From Octopus sinensis (taxonomy: Eukaryota), in assembly GCF_006345805.1 (NCBI RefSeq), contig NW_021828572.1, positions 1-8,087 on the forward strand: a stretch of DNA of 8,087 bases, in the 5' to 3' direction. Both the position numbers and the translations under genes were made by a program. The notes under the pieces were generated by a model. The model saw nothing but the letters and a program-made list of their open reading frames with translations, had not been told where the DNA came from and did not search any database. Below, in pieces: positions 7,187-8,087 of the stretch; within the stretch, counting starts at the first letter, position 1; every line of letters starts with the position of its first letter.

Positions 7187-7311
7187 TCTTTTCTACTCTA
7201 GACACAAGGCCTAATTGATTGGGGGGGGGGGCAGTTGATTAGATCGACTCCAGTACGCAACTGGTGCTTAATTTATCGAATCCGAAAGGATGAAAGGCAA
7301 AGTCGACCTCG
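7187..7311 (-). mobile_element. 5'-truncated copy of the Deu/Nin-like SINE (head missing)
   Basis: 7261-7311 is 49/51 identical to 3414-3464. Ends abruptly in a TG/TA microsatellite. Confidence 0.88.
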
Positions 7312-7492
7312 TGTGTTATGTGTGTGTATATACGTATATGAATTTGTGCGTATGTGTATGTACATGTATATGTGTATGTACATGTATATGTGTGTGCATA
7401 TGTGTTCTGGCGTGCGTGTGTGTGTTTGTGTATGTATTTGTGTGTGTGTTTGTATGTGTGCGCGCAAATGGTGTGTGGCTGTGTGTGTGTGT
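7312..7492. repeat. Degenerate (TG)n/(TATG)n microsatellite
   Basis: Direct reading. Confidence 0.93.
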
Positions 7493-7619
7493 AGAAATCA
7501 GGGTTGCTGTCAAAACTCTGCGCGATGCTTTCTGTTTGTCCGGAGGAAAAGGAGCAATTTAAAGGGTTCCAGGGAGTTAGATACCCCTATCCACCCGCAA
7601 GTACAGTTTCACACTTTTA

Positions 7620-7772
7620 CAAATACATACATGTATATACACACATAGACAGTCATGCACACACAGTGGCACACTTACAAACGTGTACACACATATACAC
7701 ATGTACACACGCATATACCCTAATCACACAGCCTGTTACGTATAGACAGTGACACTTATACACACCTACATA
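7620..7772. repeat. Degenerate (CA)n/(TACA)n microsatellite
   Basis: Direct reading. Confidence 0.8.
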
Positions 7773-7780
7773 ATTTTTTT

Positions 7781-8070
7781 ACGACCAGGCTATGAGATGT
7801 TGCTACACATCGCTGGTCACAATGCGCTTCGCATTGCTTTACCCTTCAAATGACGCCACCCCGCGTGCTAAGCGAGCTGGTCAACAGAAGAAAGAGTGAG
7901 AGAAAGTTTTGCCGAAAGAGTACAGTGGGGATCGCCACCACCCCCTGTCGGAGCCTGGTGGAGCTTTAGTTATTTTCGCTCAATAAACACTCACAACGCC
8001 GTCTGGGAATCGAAACCGCGATCCTACGACCGCGAGTCCGCTACTCTAATCACTGGGCGATTGCGCCTCC
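7781..8070 (-). mobile_element. Near full-length tRNA-derived SINE (third family, about 290 bp)
   Basis: Minus strand starts GGAGGCGCAATCGCCCAGTGATTAG (degenerate A box), B box GGTTTCGATTCCC (+8005-8017), GC-rich body, 3' stem-loop at 7820-7836. Confidence 0.88.
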
Positions 8071-8087
8071 ACACACACCTACATAAG

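Noticed and set aside
7495-7562. EIRVAVKTLRD resembles tyrosine-kinase subdomain II (VAVKTL)
   Set aside because: Stop after 22 codons, no Gly-rich loop or downstream kinase motifs, weak acceptor after a TG repeat; probably chance.
8000-8070. tRNA-like A/B boxes here and at about 2620, 3470 and 4251
   Set aside because: They continue into SINE bodies and I could not fold a cloverleaf; SINE heads, not tRNA genes.
1-8087. CRISPR array, operon or other prokaryotic system
   Set aside because: No regularly spaced repeats with unique spacers, no long ORFs; the content is typical of animal non-coding DNA.

Overview
AT-rich eukaryotic (not prokaryotic) genomic DNA, most likely intronic or 3'-end sequence. 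The SINE families and very high microsatellite density resemble octopus/cephalopod DNA; that taxonomy is recalled, not checked. Best-supported content: (i) a 583-bp internally deleted mariner (28-bp TIRs, TA target duplication, transposase remnants), inserted at the junction of an older, decayed tandem duplication; (ii) an RTE-type LINE reverse-transcriptase fragment joined to a tRNA-derived SINE head; (iii) several tRNA-derived SINE copies of about three families, nearly all on the minus strand, two carrying unrelated DNA inside their internal microsatellite; (iv) many simple repeats, which explain most of the supplied ORFs. Short unique stretches have splice-site-bounded open frames suggesting exons of an unidentified host gene. 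Phase-compatible models can be built on either strand, so the strand is unresolved. I found no convincing novel multi-gene system; the findings are structural observations and testable hypotheses.
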